DNA of 39,370 nt from a virus (Duplodnaviria; Caudoviricetes). The translations under genes and the position numbers were made by a program. Below, piece after piece: positions 23,560-34,122 of this stretch (position 1 is the stretch's first letter; each line of letters opens with the position of its first letter). The notes under the pieces are model-generated. The model ran no database searches. It had not been told where the DNA came from and saw nothing but the letters and a program-made list of their open reading frames with translations. The stretch is from positions 1 through 39,370 of the IMG/VR virus record IMGVR_UViG_3300027994_000011. One strand, given 5' to 3'.

Positions 23560-25779
23560 CTAATTTCCACGTTTGAGCGGCGTTACTGTTACTTTTAAGC
23601 TTGTGTCTGGCGCTTCAGTATTTTTCGTTAGAAATTTACTTACTTCTTCAATGCGGCCCTTAAGGTCTTTTTGCGAAACATTTTTCAAAAAATTATACCC
23701 CTCTTTAGTAAATATTAATTCAGCAAATCTTTTTGATTCATTAGGATCATTAGACACAAGCTTAAACAAACTCGGGTTGACCTTAGAAGCAATTTTATTC
23801 ACTAAGCCAGCGGCAGATGTGGGAACATCTCCCATATTGTTAAGTCCTGCCGCAACCAGATTTCCAGATGTCTGAGAACCTTCAGCAGAACGCGCAGATT
23901 GTACCATAACATCTAGGGTATCTGCCACCTTCAATAGCTCGTTATATCTTTTCTCGCCAGCCAGCGCTTTTAGATTGTTACGGGCTTTTTCTGTTCCTAA
24001 AATAGCTTGGCGGTAGGTTGTTTCGTTACCTCTTGTTTCCAAAGAGCGCTGTAAATATGCTCCAACCAAGGAGTCTTTAATCTGTTGAGGATTTTCAGCT
24101 CCTGTTGCATCAATCTTTGATATGAATTTTTTAATATAACCCGCATCTCTTTCCATTAGGTTAGATGAAACTTTGCTAAGGTTCCCATCCGCTAAAGTGG
24201 ATATCTGCCCTAACGGGCTGTCTTTTAATGTTTTCAACGCTCCTGCATCTTCACTGTAAATGGCCCTAGCCGTTTTATACTGAGGATATGTTGATTCAAT
24301 TGCATCATCAATTTTACGCATAGCAGATTTAATTGCTGTTCTTTCTGTTGCACTTATATTTCCCTCTGCCTGTTTTCTTAATGAAACTCGGGCAGCATGA
24401 AGGGCAACAGTCGAGTTATTTGGGGCTTGTTTTAAGGGGCCTATATCAAGCTGTAAGTCATTTTGTAATGTCTCCAGAACATCAACGTCTTTAGTCCATT
24501 CGGCTAGTGCTTGGCTTGCTTTGGGGCTTTTAAGAACTTCCGTAACATTTGCCTCTGGAATGAACTTATCCGCACCAATGCTTGCCTCATAATAAGGCTT
24601 AGCTCTTGTTCTTAGAACTTCCTGTTTCTGGTCAATAATACTTTTAGCAGCTTGACTTGCCGCCTGTCCGTACTCCTCTGCCGTTTTAATAGGTCCACCA
24701 GCCGCCGTTTCAATAAGTTTTCTATTTAACTTAGGAATTTGATTTGTGCGGATATCGCTTAAGGCTTCTTTTGCCACTTTAGAACCAGAAGCAGTTCCTT
24801 TTCCAATATTAAGCGAGTCGGCTCTAAATATATCAATATTATTAACAGCCGAAGGATTAGGGGTTAAGTTTTGAGAAGCAAAGGGGCGCATTTCAGTAAC
24901 AGCTTGAGTAGGCGTCACTCCGGCATCTTTATAACGCTCCAAAAATAAAAGCTCGGCATCAGATAATGATTTCTGGCCCTCTGGAACACCAGCCCGAGCA
25001 ATAGATCGACTAATATCTGCTGCTTTATCATCAACAAAGGTATTTACTCTTTGCCCTACATTAAATGCGGCAGAACCAGCACCATTGGCAAAGTTTCCTA
25101 AGGCAGAGCCTCCGCCAGAGCCGCCTCTAAATAGATTTATTGCAGAATCGGATATATTCCCCGCATTAGCAGCAATACCACCAGTAAGAGCGCCAAGCGC
25201 CCCGCCCGTGAGCGCATTAATTCCGCGATCTTCCAACCCTTGACCTTCTCCGGCACCGTATAAGGCTCCTGTTGACCCACCGAGGCCAATCCCTGCCAAA
25301 GTACGCCCTGCCGTCCCAAGATTTGCAATCCTAGCCGTAGTCTGAAGCCCTGCATTTGATAATCCCACTCCTAAACCAGTTGTTACGCCCCCGCTTATTT
25401 GAGAAAGAGCAGAAGTTATAGGGTTAATTTCCTGCTGTGCAGTCAAGTCCCTTGCTGATATTTGCCTAGCATCTTGTGATAAGTCACGAAAATTCTGTAA
25501 TGCCCCTTTATTTTGGTAATCTGTAAACGGAGCCAATACAGCGGCAGTTCCATAATCAATTAACTCATCGGCAAAAGGTACCGCGCCTTGTAATCCTTGG
25601 TCGAGAATAGTCCTGCCTATTCCAGTATTTGCTTGAGAGGAATCAAACCCAGCCTGTTTATCAAACTCTTCTCGGGTTAATTTATCCGCATAAAATTTAG
25701 AATACAGCCCGTCAGCGAGTTGCTTGTCAGGTACATCTTTATATTGAGGATATTGTTCTCTAACTTGCTGTAAGATCAT
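23560..25779 (-). CDS. Internal virion/DNA ejection protein
   Basis: REQYPQYKDVPDKQLADGLY N-terminus; Gly/Ala-rich membrane-active segment; third of three. Confidence 0.75.
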   Translation of the reverse strand: MILQQVREQYPQYKDVPDKQLADGLYSKFYADKLTREEFDKQAGFDSSQANTGIGRTILDQGLQGAVPFADELIDYGTAAVLAPFTDYQNKGALQNFRDLSQDARQISARDLTAQQEINPITSALSQISGGVTTGLGVGLSNAGLQTTARIANLGTAGRTLAGIGLGGSTGALYGAGEGQGLEDRGINALTGGALGALTGGIAANAGNISDSAINLFRGGSGGGSALGNFANGAGSAAFNVGQRVNTFVDDKAADISRSIARAGVPEGQKSLSDAELLFLERYKDAGVTPTQAVTEMRPFASQNLTPNPSAVNNIDIFRADSLNIGKGTASGSKVAKEALSDIRTNQIPKLNRKLIETAAGGPIKTAEEYGQAASQAAKSIIDQKQEVLRTRAKPYYEASIGADKFIPEANVTEVLKSPKASQALAEWTKDVDVLETLQNDLQLDIGPLKQAPNNSTVALHAARVSLRKQAEGNISATERTAIKSAMRKIDDAIESTYPQYKTARAIYSEDAGALKTLKDSPLGQISTLADGNLSKVSSNLMERDAGYIKKFISKIDATGAENPQQIKDSLVGAYLQRSLETRGNETTYRQAILGTEKARNNLKALAGEKRYNELLKVADTLDVMVQSARSAEGSQTSGNLVAAGLNNMGDVPTSAAGLVNKIASKVNPSLFKLVSNDPNESKRFAELIFTKEGYNFLKNVSQKDLKGRIEEVSKFLTKNTEAPDTSLKVTVTPLKRGN

Positions 25780-26942
25780 TTAAGTAATCCTAGCGGATCT
25801 TTAGATAATTCAGAACCTTCAGGAAGTTGATAGCCACGTGTTTTTAACGTAGCGTCAAAGGAACGATTCAGGAATTTCTGATAATCTGCAATCCCCGCCA
25901 AAGCAGACGATTTACGCCCAGCCGCTTGGTAAGGATTTTTCAAAGCATATGGAATGACATCATTTGGAACAACGGGCGTTTGCAATAATCCGCTTAAATA
26001 TTCAATATCAGCAGCCTGAAGAGCACCAGCTTCATTTAGAACTCTGGTAATGCCGATGATTTCTTTCTGTTTTTGTTCAAGTTTATTAGCGTCGTTAGTC
26101 CCTTGAACCTCCAACCCGTATTCATTGACCAAGTCCTTATACTCAGCCAAGGCGGGTATAAGTTCTCTTTGTGCCTTAACAACATCCTTAACACTTTTAG
26201 CATCATCGGCTGTAGGAATAACCCCCGGCTGCAAATTTAATCCCGGGACTTGTACGGCTTGCAGCTCTTGCTGGCGCTTAAGCGCTAACTCGCTAGCCTT
26301 GTCTTGTCTAGATTGTATTGAATTGCCGTAGTTAACAAGTGCGCTATTACCTGTTAAAAGCCCTATTTTAGACAACATATCTGGGCTGGGACCAGATGGC
26401 ACTGACATACCAGTAACGGGCGCGTCAAGTTGCGCCAAGCTAATAGGTTGAACACTCCCAAAATCGGGAGCTATATTTCCCGGAGTTGACATGCCCCCTA
26501 GTTGTGGAACTACTGGTGCAGATTCTCCGCTTCCAAATAATAGATTTTTAAGCTGGTCCCTTTGCTCCTTCTCAGCAGCAACCTTTTGTCTCTCAATTCC
26601 AAGTTGAGCCGCTTGATAAGGTGTCAATTGCTGGCTAGCTTGATAATTAGCCAATGCGCTTCCATCACCTGTAATCTGTGCTTGGCGAAGTAGTTGCTGT
26701 TCAAGAGGCAACGAAAGGAACGCTGGATCTTGATAAAGTTGACCAAGGGCGCTTTGCTGGTCGAGTTGCGTTTGTCTCGCCTGATTAACCAAGTTTTGTT
26801 GTGTCTGTTGATTCAATGCTTGTTGATATTGCGGCAGCGTGCTTGGATCTGCAACGTTTTGAAGCACAAGGCCAATCTTTCCCAAAGCCCCAAGCTGTGA
26901 GAAATCAGGTATTCCGGTCGTGTTGGTGTTAAATATCGGCAT
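25776..26942 (-). CDS. Internal virion/DNA ejection protein
   Basis: Gln-rich, LTPYQAAQL and C-terminal DPLGL motifs; position in operon. Confidence 0.7.
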   Translation of the reverse strand: MPIFNTNTTGIPDFSQLGALGKIGLVLQNVADPSTLPQYQQALNQQTQQNLVNQARQTQLDQQSALGQLYQDPAFLSLPLEQQLLRQAQITGDGSALANYQASQQLTPYQAAQLGIERQKVAAEKEQRDQLKNLLFGSGESAPVVPQLGGMSTPGNIAPDFGSVQPISLAQLDAPVTGMSVPSGPSPDMLSKIGLLTGNSALVNYGNSIQSRQDKASELALKRQQELQAVQVPGLNLQPGVIPTADDAKSVKDVVKAQRELIPALAEYKDLVNEYGLEVQGTNDANKLEQKQKEIIGITRVLNEAGALQAADIEYLSGLLQTPVVPNDVIPYALKNPYQAAGRKSSALAGIADYQKFLNRSFDATLKTRGYQLPEGSELSKDPLGLLK

Positions 26943-27969
26943 TTCTAAATTTCACCCCGATCTTATCGTAATCAACTGCATAATATCCTGCATCAGTCTC
27001 AATAACTGCATCAGGATTCGTTTCTAATAGGTCCTGTGCCATTACGCCAATATATCTATTGTTGTCTTGTCCTATATAACGGAATGAGTAAATCTTGTGA
27101 CCGTTTTCGGTGCCTATTTCTGTAATATCTTTTTTAAGACGTGCATCTGATGCGGCTAGTGCAGCGAAGCCTGCGTTAACTCCAGCACTTCCAGCACCAG
27201 CGATACCAGCTCCTCCACCAAAGAATGAAGCCAATCCGCCTCCGCCGCCGAGAGATCCCGCTCCTGACAACAACCCGCCAGCGCCGCCCAGTAAACTTCC
27301 CAATCCGCCTCCACCGCCGGTTTGCTGTGTCGAGAATTGATAAGGGAAGGTGGAAAGAATGCCGCTTTGGGCCTGAAGAGCGTTAACAGGAGCTTGTGCT
27401 TGTTGATAAGCAAGGGCACGCTGATCCGCGCCGATACCCGCAAGACCAGTGGCGTCTGCCGCTCTTAGGGCCGGAAGTACATTAAGCGCGTAGTTTAGGT
27501 TGGTATTATAGTTATCCGACAACAATCCGCCTATTTGATTTTGACGTGATAGATCAATATCATTGGCACCTAATATTGTACGGTTTGACCCAAACTGTCC
27601 TGCTTGGTTCAAGTTCTGCTGCAATACACTATTTTGGCCCTGACCTTGACGGTTAACTTCTGCAATTACAGAACTTAAATAAGGATTTTGTAGTGCCGTT
27701 AAATCTTGCTGCAAGCCTTCTGCTGTAGGCGTGAAACCTTGACGAATTAGATCATACGCCGCACTTTCATCTGCCGTTTGGTCTATGGGCGTAAAACGGG
27801 AAATGTTATCAAAGTTGGTAGTTCCGTCCGCATTTAATGGATTTAGAAAAGACTGTACGCCCGCAGTCTGACTAGCCAACGCTTGTTGCTGGAATTTTGG
27901 AGCAGCAGAATAGGCGCTTGTCGTAGTAGTTTTAGCCTTACCGCCAGTAAGTGAACTTAGAAAACCCAT
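26929..27969 (-). CDS. Ejection (pilot) protein with C-terminal peptidase S74 chaperone domain
   Basis: MGFLSSLTGG, NPY, GQFGSNR motifs; SDARLKKDI...IYSFRY...GVMAQDL...VDYDKI. Confidence 0.8.
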   Translation of the reverse strand: MGFLSSLTGGKAKTTTTSAYSAAPKFQQQALASQTAGVQSFLNPLNADGTTNFDNISRFTPIDQTADESAAYDLIRQGFTPTAEGLQQDLTALQNPYLSSVIAEVNRQGQGQNSVLQQNLNQAGQFGSNRTILGANDIDLSRQNQIGGLLSDNYNTNLNYALNVLPALRAADATGLAGIGADQRALAYQQAQAPVNALQAQSGILSTFPYQFSTQQTGGGGGLGSLLGGAGGLLSGAGSLGGGGGLASFFGGGAGIAGAGSAGVNAGFAALAASDARLKKDITEIGTENGHKIYSFRYIGQDNNRYIGVMAQDLLETNPDAVIETDAGYYAVDYDKIGVKFRNADI

Positions 27970-27981
27970 AATAAACCTCGC

Positions 27982-28239
27982 TTAAAAGTCACTCAAAGCG
28001 ACACGCTGCCACTTTAAAGTACCACCATTATTAACAATAATATACAGAAAACCGTTCAGAAATATGCCGTCTCCGTATGTTTCTCCCGCCAGAATATCTG
28101 TGCTGGAAGAGGGAGCGGTGGTTCTGTTTGATTTCCTGACATAGAGTTTCGGAAGGTTGTTCCAGTCCTCGATATCGTCCTCACGTTTCTGCGCTACATC
28201 CTTTTCCCAAGGATTATTACCATCACCATAACTATCCAT
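27982..28239 (-). CDS. small virion-associated protein
   Basis: TAPSSSTD...G...FLYI...WQRVALS motif. Confidence 0.65.
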   Translation of the reverse strand: MDSYGDGNNPWEKDVAQKREDDIEDWNNLPKLYVRKSNRTTAPSSSTDILAGETYGDGIFLNGFLYIIVNNGGTLKWQRVALSDF

Positions 28240-30293
28240 TATTTACCCGGACCTTCCCCTAATTGTTCCTGCCATACGCCCATTTTAAACTCTTGATCGA
28301 TCACGTCTCCGGACAATTCATACGACCAGAACCGTCCATTAATACTATCTTGCATTTCTTCTGATTCAGGCGTGACGACAAACGGGCTATTATACATTGC
28401 CTTAACGGACTGAGGCCATAGCTGAGAGCGCAATTGCACATTGATATTTCCTGACTGCGTGCTATCCGGGACAAAGCTGGCAAGATTCATGGTTTTTTGA
28501 CTTCCTGTCATCAGGCAAGTTTTAGCTAGCCACGGAAGGGATAATTCATCTGCATCATGACCGACTTCGTGGAGATAGATATTGCCGTCAAAGTCTGCCA
28601 ATCGAGGGTAAGATGTTCCCAGAGTTGGTGCCTCCGCTGCTGTTCGATCAATTACATCAATTGTCCACACGAAAGTAGTTAGATTGACACTAATCGTACG
28701 ATCTGGCTCAAGACTACCGGCAGAAGGGTAATGCCATGTCAATTCATCGAATTTAGGATCATATCTTGCGAAGCATTTTGACTTCTGGGCCGTGTTTAGG
28801 TTGCCGAATACGTACTTTAACGCTGTGCAATGGGGAATTTGAGGATTATTACTTGGGATAATCTCAAGATTTGCCCCGCGATACATGTAAAAGTTGTCTT
28901 TTGACATGAAATAACCGATACCGCGTACGGTTGCGCGGGCATTTTGAGCTATAAGACCGATATTTGGATCAACAATTTTAATCTCCCAAACGCCAGCCTC
29001 TAGGGATATTTTCCTAAAAGAATAAGTTTGCTGCTCTGTAAAAAGGAGGTTCTTCGCACCCAATGAGAGGTGAGAAATTAGCCTTCCTGCTCCCTCTATA
29101 TCATCCCTGAATACCTGATTCGTGGAACTTGATACCCACTGGTTTATGTTGCCCTGATCCGAGGCAATAATGCGGTTCTCGACACCTTCACCGCCTAAAG
29201 TGACAAGAGTATTATCAGAAACAAATATATAATTAACGGCAGTGGGTGCGCCTGTAACTAAAGTAGGTGCTATAATGGATTGACCGTTCCATCTATAAAC
29301 ACCCGTTCCGTTGCCGGGACTACCTACCCAATCTTCCCCATAACGGTCATTAGACCACATTCTTGGATAGACCCTACCAGATTCAGAAGCGTGGGCAGTA
29401 CCGTAAAGCCCGACACCATAAAGACCGGCACCATAACCCTGCAGAGACACTTCATCAATAGATCCGGCTGGGATTTGAACATAATAAACAGTAGCCGCAC
29501 CGCCTCCGGTTGTCACGCTGGACGTAGCGCTTCCATCGGTCATTACTTCAAAATATGTCGCAGTAACGTTTCTTTCAACGAATTCAGAATTAATTTGCAA
29601 AGCTGTGATGCCGCCTGTAGCCGCTGCGCCGCCTATTTTAACACGGTCTCCCTCACTTGTTGTATTAGCGACAGTGACGCGGATTAACCCAGAGGCTCTA
29701 TTAATCGCTGCTCCTCCACCGGTTCCGCTAGAAGTCGCGTTTGTCGCCACACGAATGGCATATCCCGTAGGGAATATTTCGCGGATCACATGCTGGGCGT
29801 TTAGCTGAGCCGATGGAATGCCACGAATCGTGCCGACTGCCCCTGATAAGGTAACCTTTTCTCCCAGTCTCAAACGAGAAGCTTGTGCATCGGCGACTAC
29901 AATACGATTCATACCGTTGGTGAATGTAAAAGGATCGTTCGCCAACAACCCGTATTGGGTTGAAAGGCTGTTCGCGGCTGGTGTTGTTGTAGTTACAAGC
30001 GGGCTGATATTATAAAGCTTGCCGCCGTTTACATCATAAAGACGGGTGTTGGTTCCTATAATAAGATTTGGTCTTTGCAATAACTCGATATTAAAAAGAG
30101 ATCGGGGGACACCGGTGACTACTTCGCCTCTATAGAAAACGATCTTTAGCCACCCGCCTATTTTCTGTAAAAAGCCATCAACAAAACGGCAGTGGAGTGT
30201 ATTCACCCAATGCTTGATGCTAAGCGGCGTACCGTCCGTTAGAGGCTGTACACCCGGCAAGACGCTGAATGGTCGGTATATTGTGTTTGCCAT
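28239..30293 (-). CDS. Tail nozzle / packaged-DNA stabilisation protein (P22 gp10-like position)
   Basis: LPGV, RFVDG..QKIGGW, GYGAGLYG, W.YPSAGS.EPDR motifs; beta-propeller-like; upstream of ejection genes. Confidence 0.75.
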   Translation of the reverse strand: MANTIYRPFSVLPGVQPLTDGTPLSIKHWVNTLHCRFVDGFLQKIGGWLKIVFYRGEVVTGVPRSLFNIELLQRPNLIIGTNTRLYDVNGGKLYNISPLVTTTTPAANSLSTQYGLLANDPFTFTNGMNRIVVADAQASRLRLGEKVTLSGAVGTIRGIPSAQLNAQHVIREIFPTGYAIRVATNATSSGTGGGAAINRASGLIRVTVANTTSEGDRVKIGGAAATGGITALQINSEFVERNVTATYFEVMTDGSATSSVTTGGGAATVYYVQIPAGSIDEVSLQGYGAGLYGVGLYGTAHASESGRVYPRMWSNDRYGEDWVGSPGNGTGVYRWNGQSIIAPTLVTGAPTAVNYIFVSDNTLVTLGGEGVENRIIASDQGNINQWVSSSTNQVFRDDIEGAGRLISHLSLGAKNLLFTEQQTYSFRKISLEAGVWEIKIVDPNIGLIAQNARATVRGIGYFMSKDNFYMYRGANLEIIPSNNPQIPHCTALKYVFGNLNTAQKSKCFARYDPKFDELTWHYPSAGSLEPDRTISVNLTTFVWTIDVIDRTAAEAPTLGTSYPRLADFDGNIYLHEVGHDADELSLPWLAKTCLMTGSQKTMNLASFVPDSTQSGNINVQLRSQLWPQSVKAMYNSPFVVTPESEEMQDSINGRFWSYELSGDVIDQEFKMGVWQEQLGEGPGK

Positions 30294-31186
30294 TAGACCG
30301 CATATTCAAAAATTGCATAACCTGCCGTACCAGCTCCGGAAGCACTGCCGGGCGAAGATGCGGCTGCGGCAGTTCCCCCAGCCCCAACAGAATAGGCTAC
30401 GTTAGCTCCCGGTGTTACCGTTAAGTCTTTTATAAATAAACCTCCATTACCGCCCGGCTTGTAAGAAATAAAACCAGATTGAGGGTTTGAGATGGTCCCA
30501 GGAACTCCGCCGCTTCCGCCGCCACCTTTAATGTTTATATCCCCGCCAGAGGCTGTGCCGTGATCTTCAACAGTTAAGGAATAAAGGCCCGCTTTGCCAC
30601 CATTGGCAGTACATGTATCTATGGTGGTGTTTCCACCATCTGTTCCGGCGGAATTGTAGGTGCCGCCAGCACCGCCTCCCGCTGCTCCCGTGATCCTGAC
30701 TTTTGTCACACCTGCAGGGACAACAAAGTTTCCGGATCCGGAGGCGTAATAAGTTCTTGTGCTTAACCCTTGTTTAGTGGTCTGGGAAATAACTCTCCAT
30801 GTCGTGCCATCGGATATTAAAACTACCGTATCGTATTGACGCGTGAATGAGACCGCGCTTTCGATCGTGCCTGATAGTGTCACAGCGTTAGAAGATGAGT
30901 CAGTTTTCTTGACCATCATCGTGAATCCATCACCAGCCGTTGCAGGGGCTAGAAGCGTAACTGTCAACGTACCGCTTGTGGCATCGGCAAGAATAACCTT
31001 ATTGCGGTCTGTCAGGGCTGTATTGTAACTTGCGGTCTGAACGTTCTTAACGTTGTCGGTAGCTGTTTTTAGCAGCGTATCAAGGAGAGAGAAGTTTGAG
31101 TTAAGTAAACCGCCCCACTGATCTTCATCTGTCGGGTCGTTCACTAAAGGGAGATAAAACCCGTAATTACTGGTCTGGGTTGGCAT
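30293..31186 (-). CDS. Short tail fibre/minor tail protein with glycine-rich domain
   Basis: T.NYG..LP...D.WG..LN.N...LD N-terminus; SGNFVVPAGVTKVRI..AGGGAGG; VTPG..VAYSVGAGG. Confidence 0.75.
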   Translation of the reverse strand: MPTQTSNYGFYLPLVNDPTDEDQWGGLLNSNFSLLDTLLKTATDNVKNVQTASYNTALTDRNKVILADATSGTLTVTLLAPATAGDGFTMMVKKTDSSSNAVTLSGTIESAVSFTRQYDTVVLISDGTTWRVISQTTKQGLSTRTYYASGSGNFVVPAGVTKVRITGAAGGGAGGTYNSAGTDGGNTTIDTCTANGGKAGLYSLTVEDHGTASGGDINIKGGGGSGGVPGTISNPQSGFISYKPGGNGGLFIKDLTVTPGANVAYSVGAGGTAAAASSPGSASGAGTAGYAIFEYAV

Positions 31187-31391
31187 TATCTTTTACTTTC
31201 TGCCAGTGATTAAACACCGCAATAGTTGATGCTTGAGGTGCTTTTCCTTGTGCTTCTATATCTGCTGGGTTCGCCAAAAGCTTACCCTCTAACGTATAAC
31301 GCAAACTTCCATCTGGCATTACGCGATGGTATTTACCATCCTCATAATACCATTTAGATGGCCCGTTAATGTCGTTGCAGATGAAATCCAT
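31167..31391 (-). CDS. hypothetical protein
   Basis: Coupled in structural operon. Confidence 0.6.
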   Translation of the reverse strand: MDFICNDINGPSKWYYEDGKYHRVMPDGSLRYTLEGKLLANPADIEAQGKAPQASTIAVFNHWQKVKDNANPDQ

Positions 31392-31648
31392 TAGGTCACG
31401 CGGAAAATGTACTGACTTGTATCAGATGCACCTGCGCGGAAACCAAAGCCTACACCGGGCGTTTTTGTAAACAGATAAGGCGCACCTGCAATCGTTCCGC
31501 CTACTGTCAATAGGGAGAAGTCAACAAAACTACCTGCTGTAATGGATGGATATGCAACGTTAACAGTTGTCGCCCCCGTAGCGGTGACTGTATGTGTTGC
31601 AGTGGGAGCCGCAAAACGTCTTAAGTCTCCTTTAGATACAATAGCCAT
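31391..31648 (-). CDS. small virion protein
   Basis: RBS AGGAG; beta-rich. Confidence 0.65.
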   Translation of the reverse strand: MAIVSKGDLRRFAAPTATHTVTATGATTVNVAYPSITAGSFVDFSLLTVGGTIAGAPYLFTKTPGVGFGFRAGASDTSQYIFRVT

Positions 31649-31659
31649 AGAAATCTCCT

Positions 31660-32322
31660 TTAATAGTAGTAGTTATCGTAAAACTGGTTAAAATTCGGAA
31701 CATCAACACGCATCGTGCCTGTTGACATCATTCTTGCCGTACGCTTGCGAAGCAATGAGGCTTCGGATGAGGCTCCATTAGCGAAATAATCCGCTTTAGC
31801 TATATCGTCTCGGTTCTGATACAATCGAGATAGCGCTTCATAAACAATCAAGCTATCCGCGTACACAGTCCAATCATTCGTATCTGTCGGGTTGACTAGA
31901 TCCGCATAATCCTTGGCCCCTGATAAGCTCACAACATAAGCCTGATCTGGTATCCAATATAAATAATATCCGCCATCGCGGAATGTGTAAGAGTAGGGAA
32001 TTCCTCTTGAATTCAAATCTCCCCAGTCGTAATAGTCAGGTGCTACGGGATAAAGAACGTACTTGCAGTTCTGGTAGTTGATTACCATTCCCGCTTCAGG
32101 ATCCAGCCACAGAATATTGGCGGCAGAAGTGTCAAGCAGGGCAGTTCCAGCTACCGTGGTGGTGGTTGTACCCAGTTGGTTAAACCAAAACAATTCTTCC
32201 TGTTTCCAGTATCGAATTGCCTCGTTTATACCATCAACAACCTCGGAGACACTCACAGCCGTATTACCCGCATCGAGCAATTTGCGAGAAACTTTTGTGG
32301 TGATGTCTCCGAGTGTTGCCAT
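31660..32322 (-). CDS. Head-tail adaptor protein
   Basis: MATLGDI...INEAI...G.P..Y....YLY.IPDQAY.V...TNDW...LIVYEAL pattern; position after capsid genes. Confidence 0.8.
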   Translation of the reverse strand: MATLGDITTKVSRKLLDAGNTAVSVSEVVDGINEAIRYWKQEELFWFNQLGTTTTTVAGTALLDTSAANILWLDPEAGMVINYQNCKYVLYPVAPDYYDWGDLNSRGIPYSYTFRDGGYYLYWIPDQAYVVSLSGAKDYADLVNPTDTNDWTVYADSLIVYEALSRLYQNRDDIAKADYFANGASSEASLLRKRTARMMSTGTMRVDVPNFNQFYDNYYY

Positions 32323-32323
32323 C

Positions 32324-32809
32324 TTATGGTTGGTCGTACACTACTTTAGCGTGTCCATAGATAGAAGCTGTTGTACCCGTGGTAGCACCACCGATAACTG
32401 CTACAATCCACCCGTTAGCCAGAGCGCCTGTACCTACAAATGAGTCAATCGCTTTCCAAGCAAGACCAGCATCAACGTTAGGTGTCAATTTCAAGTCTGT
32501 CGTGTTAGCGGCTGTCAATGCGAGAAAGCCGGCAGGAGCGTTGGTGAAGGTCACGTTATCGTCATAGATGTAACCAAGTGACACCGTTACCGATGCACCA
32601 AGGGCATCGACAAAGATATCGGAACCATAATCAAAGGTTGCGCCTGTTTGGAAAGGCACAAGACCGATAATTTGTCCAACGGTTGTTCCAGAAGGAATTG
32701 ATACTGTGAAGTACTCTTTCCTTACAGAACCTGAACGGTCAACTTTCGCTGCACGGTATGCTGAAGAATCAGCCAAGTAGTTAGTGTTTACAATGTTAGG
32801 AACGGTCAT
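32324..32809 (-). CDS. putative capsid decoration/cement protein
   Basis: Beta-rich 161 aa directly after MCP, RBS AAGGAG. Confidence 0.6.
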   Translation of the reverse strand: MTVPNIVNTNYLADSSAYRAAKVDRSGSVRKEYFTVSIPSGTTVGQIIGLVPFQTGATFDYGSDIFVDALGASVTVSLGYIYDDNVTFTNAPAGFLALTAANTTDLKLTPNVDAGLAWKAIDSFVGTGALANGWIVAVIGGATTGTTASIYGHAKVVYDQP

Positions 32810-32820
32810 GTCATGTCTCC

Positions 32821-33957
32821 TTAAACGTGAGCTGCTGCGTAAGTTGGGATAACAACGACACCGATATCGATACCATTAGAAGGCGTATTCTTCTTAATAC
32901 CCAAGATACGGCGACCTTCGATACCCTTGTAGTAAGCGTAATCTTGGAGCTGTTCTTTGAATACAATCGGAACGTTCTGATCTGTCGAGCGGCCTGTGCC
33001 TGTTTTAGAAGCATAAGACAAAGCATCGCGACCGATAAGAACTGCACGGCGTACTGTAGTGATTTGGGCGTTGTTAGAAGAGTTGACACCGTAAGAAATG
33101 TAAGGTGTTACGTAGATCTCAACACCAGCATACCAGCCAACAGGCTTCATGACAGGTGAAGTCGAATACATTCCCTTACCTGTCAGCATGCTATCGTCAC
33201 CACCAGCTGCAATAGCTTGGGCATTGATATACCACTGAATAGGAGAGTCGGTATCCTGCTTAAGATCTGTGTACTGTTCTTGTGAAATCCACAATTGACC
33301 CAGTGAACCGTTATTCAAAGTTCCAATTTGTTGTGGAGAGTTACGCAAGAGTTCAACTGCATAATCGATCATTTGCAGAGACATACGGTTAGCTGCTGTC
33401 AAAGATTGATCGTTAGCAACTGAACCGGGACGAATGATACGGGAAGCCGAAGGGGCTACGATATCATTAGAACCGGTGACCTGAGCAAGCGTAGAGCCTG
33501 TGTAGGTTGTGCCGTCGAGCGTCATCGTAGTGGCGTTGTTACCCGCCAACTGGTTAAAGATCGACCAGCCGATTTGGCGATTATGCCAATCTGTCAGAGC
33601 TAGGCGTGATTCCATCTCGAAGTCATAATCCGTTTCAGCTACTTCAACAGTATCCTCATTCGGGTTATTTACCGCTTGGCGGACCACATCGAAACGCATT
33701 TGGAAAGAGCCGATATCAAGGGCTTTTTCGTTACCAACCATAGTACCGCCGCGACCTACGCCGGGGCCTGTGATACGACCTGTATAAGCGTAAACTAGGT
33801 TTTGACCCGGTTGATTAAGGCCTTGGAATTCTTTAGGACGGAAAACCGCGCCTGAGTTCAGGAGCGTACCGATTGGGTTTTGGTATGTGATTTGTCTCCA
33901 AGATTGCTTCGCCCAGATCGTAGGACGCAAGCCAACTGGAACTTGTGTATATGCCAT
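32821..33957 (-). CDS. Major capsid protein (DUF4043/N4-gp56-like)
   Basis: 378 aa after scaffold; G.GV....TMVGNEKAL, QYTDLK.D, VRRAVLIG..A, GIKK...DIGVVVI motifs. Confidence 0.9.
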   Translation of the reverse strand: MAYTQVPVGLRPTIWAKQSWRQITYQNPIGTLLNSGAVFRPKEFQGLNQPGQNLVYAYTGRITGPGVGRGGTMVGNEKALDIGSFQMRFDVVRQAVNNPNEDTVEVAETDYDFEMESRLALTDWHNRQIGWSIFNQLAGNNATTMTLDGTTYTGSTLAQVTGSNDIVAPSASRIIRPGSVANDQSLTAANRMSLQMIDYAVELLRNSPQQIGTLNNGSLGQLWISQEQYTDLKQDTDSPIQWYINAQAIAAGGDDSMLTGKGMYSTSPVMKPVGWYAGVEIYVTPYISYGVNSSNNAQITTVRRAVLIGRDALSYASKTGTGRSTDQNVPIVFKEQLQDYAYYKGIEGRRILGIKKNTPSNGIDIGVVVIPTYAAAHV

Positions 33958-34116
33958 GAGTATTCCTCAATAAAGTTGTGATTGATTAAGATTTTCAAAC
34001 AACCGTCTTGAGATACACGAGCGATTAAAGCCCTCGGTAGGCATCGTATAGAACCGCGTCCGGTTTGTGACAGTAGGTAGTTTTAAGCCCTACTTGGCCT
34101 CGCTATTACTAGCGGT
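33958..34116 (-). promoter_or_regulatory. Structured capsid mRNA leader with tandem pseudoknots
   Basis: CGCUA-GUAA-UAGCG hairpin; two GCC-loop-GGC-UU(A/U)AA units with loop-tail complementarity; long hairpin over the RBS. Confidence 0.6.
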
Positions 34117-34122
34117 ATTATG

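Noticed and set aside
32811-33089. Alternative-frame ORF suggesting a capsid frameshift extension
   Set aside because: It ends only 10 nt beyond the MCP stop, no slippery site was evident, and the next gene has its own strong RBS
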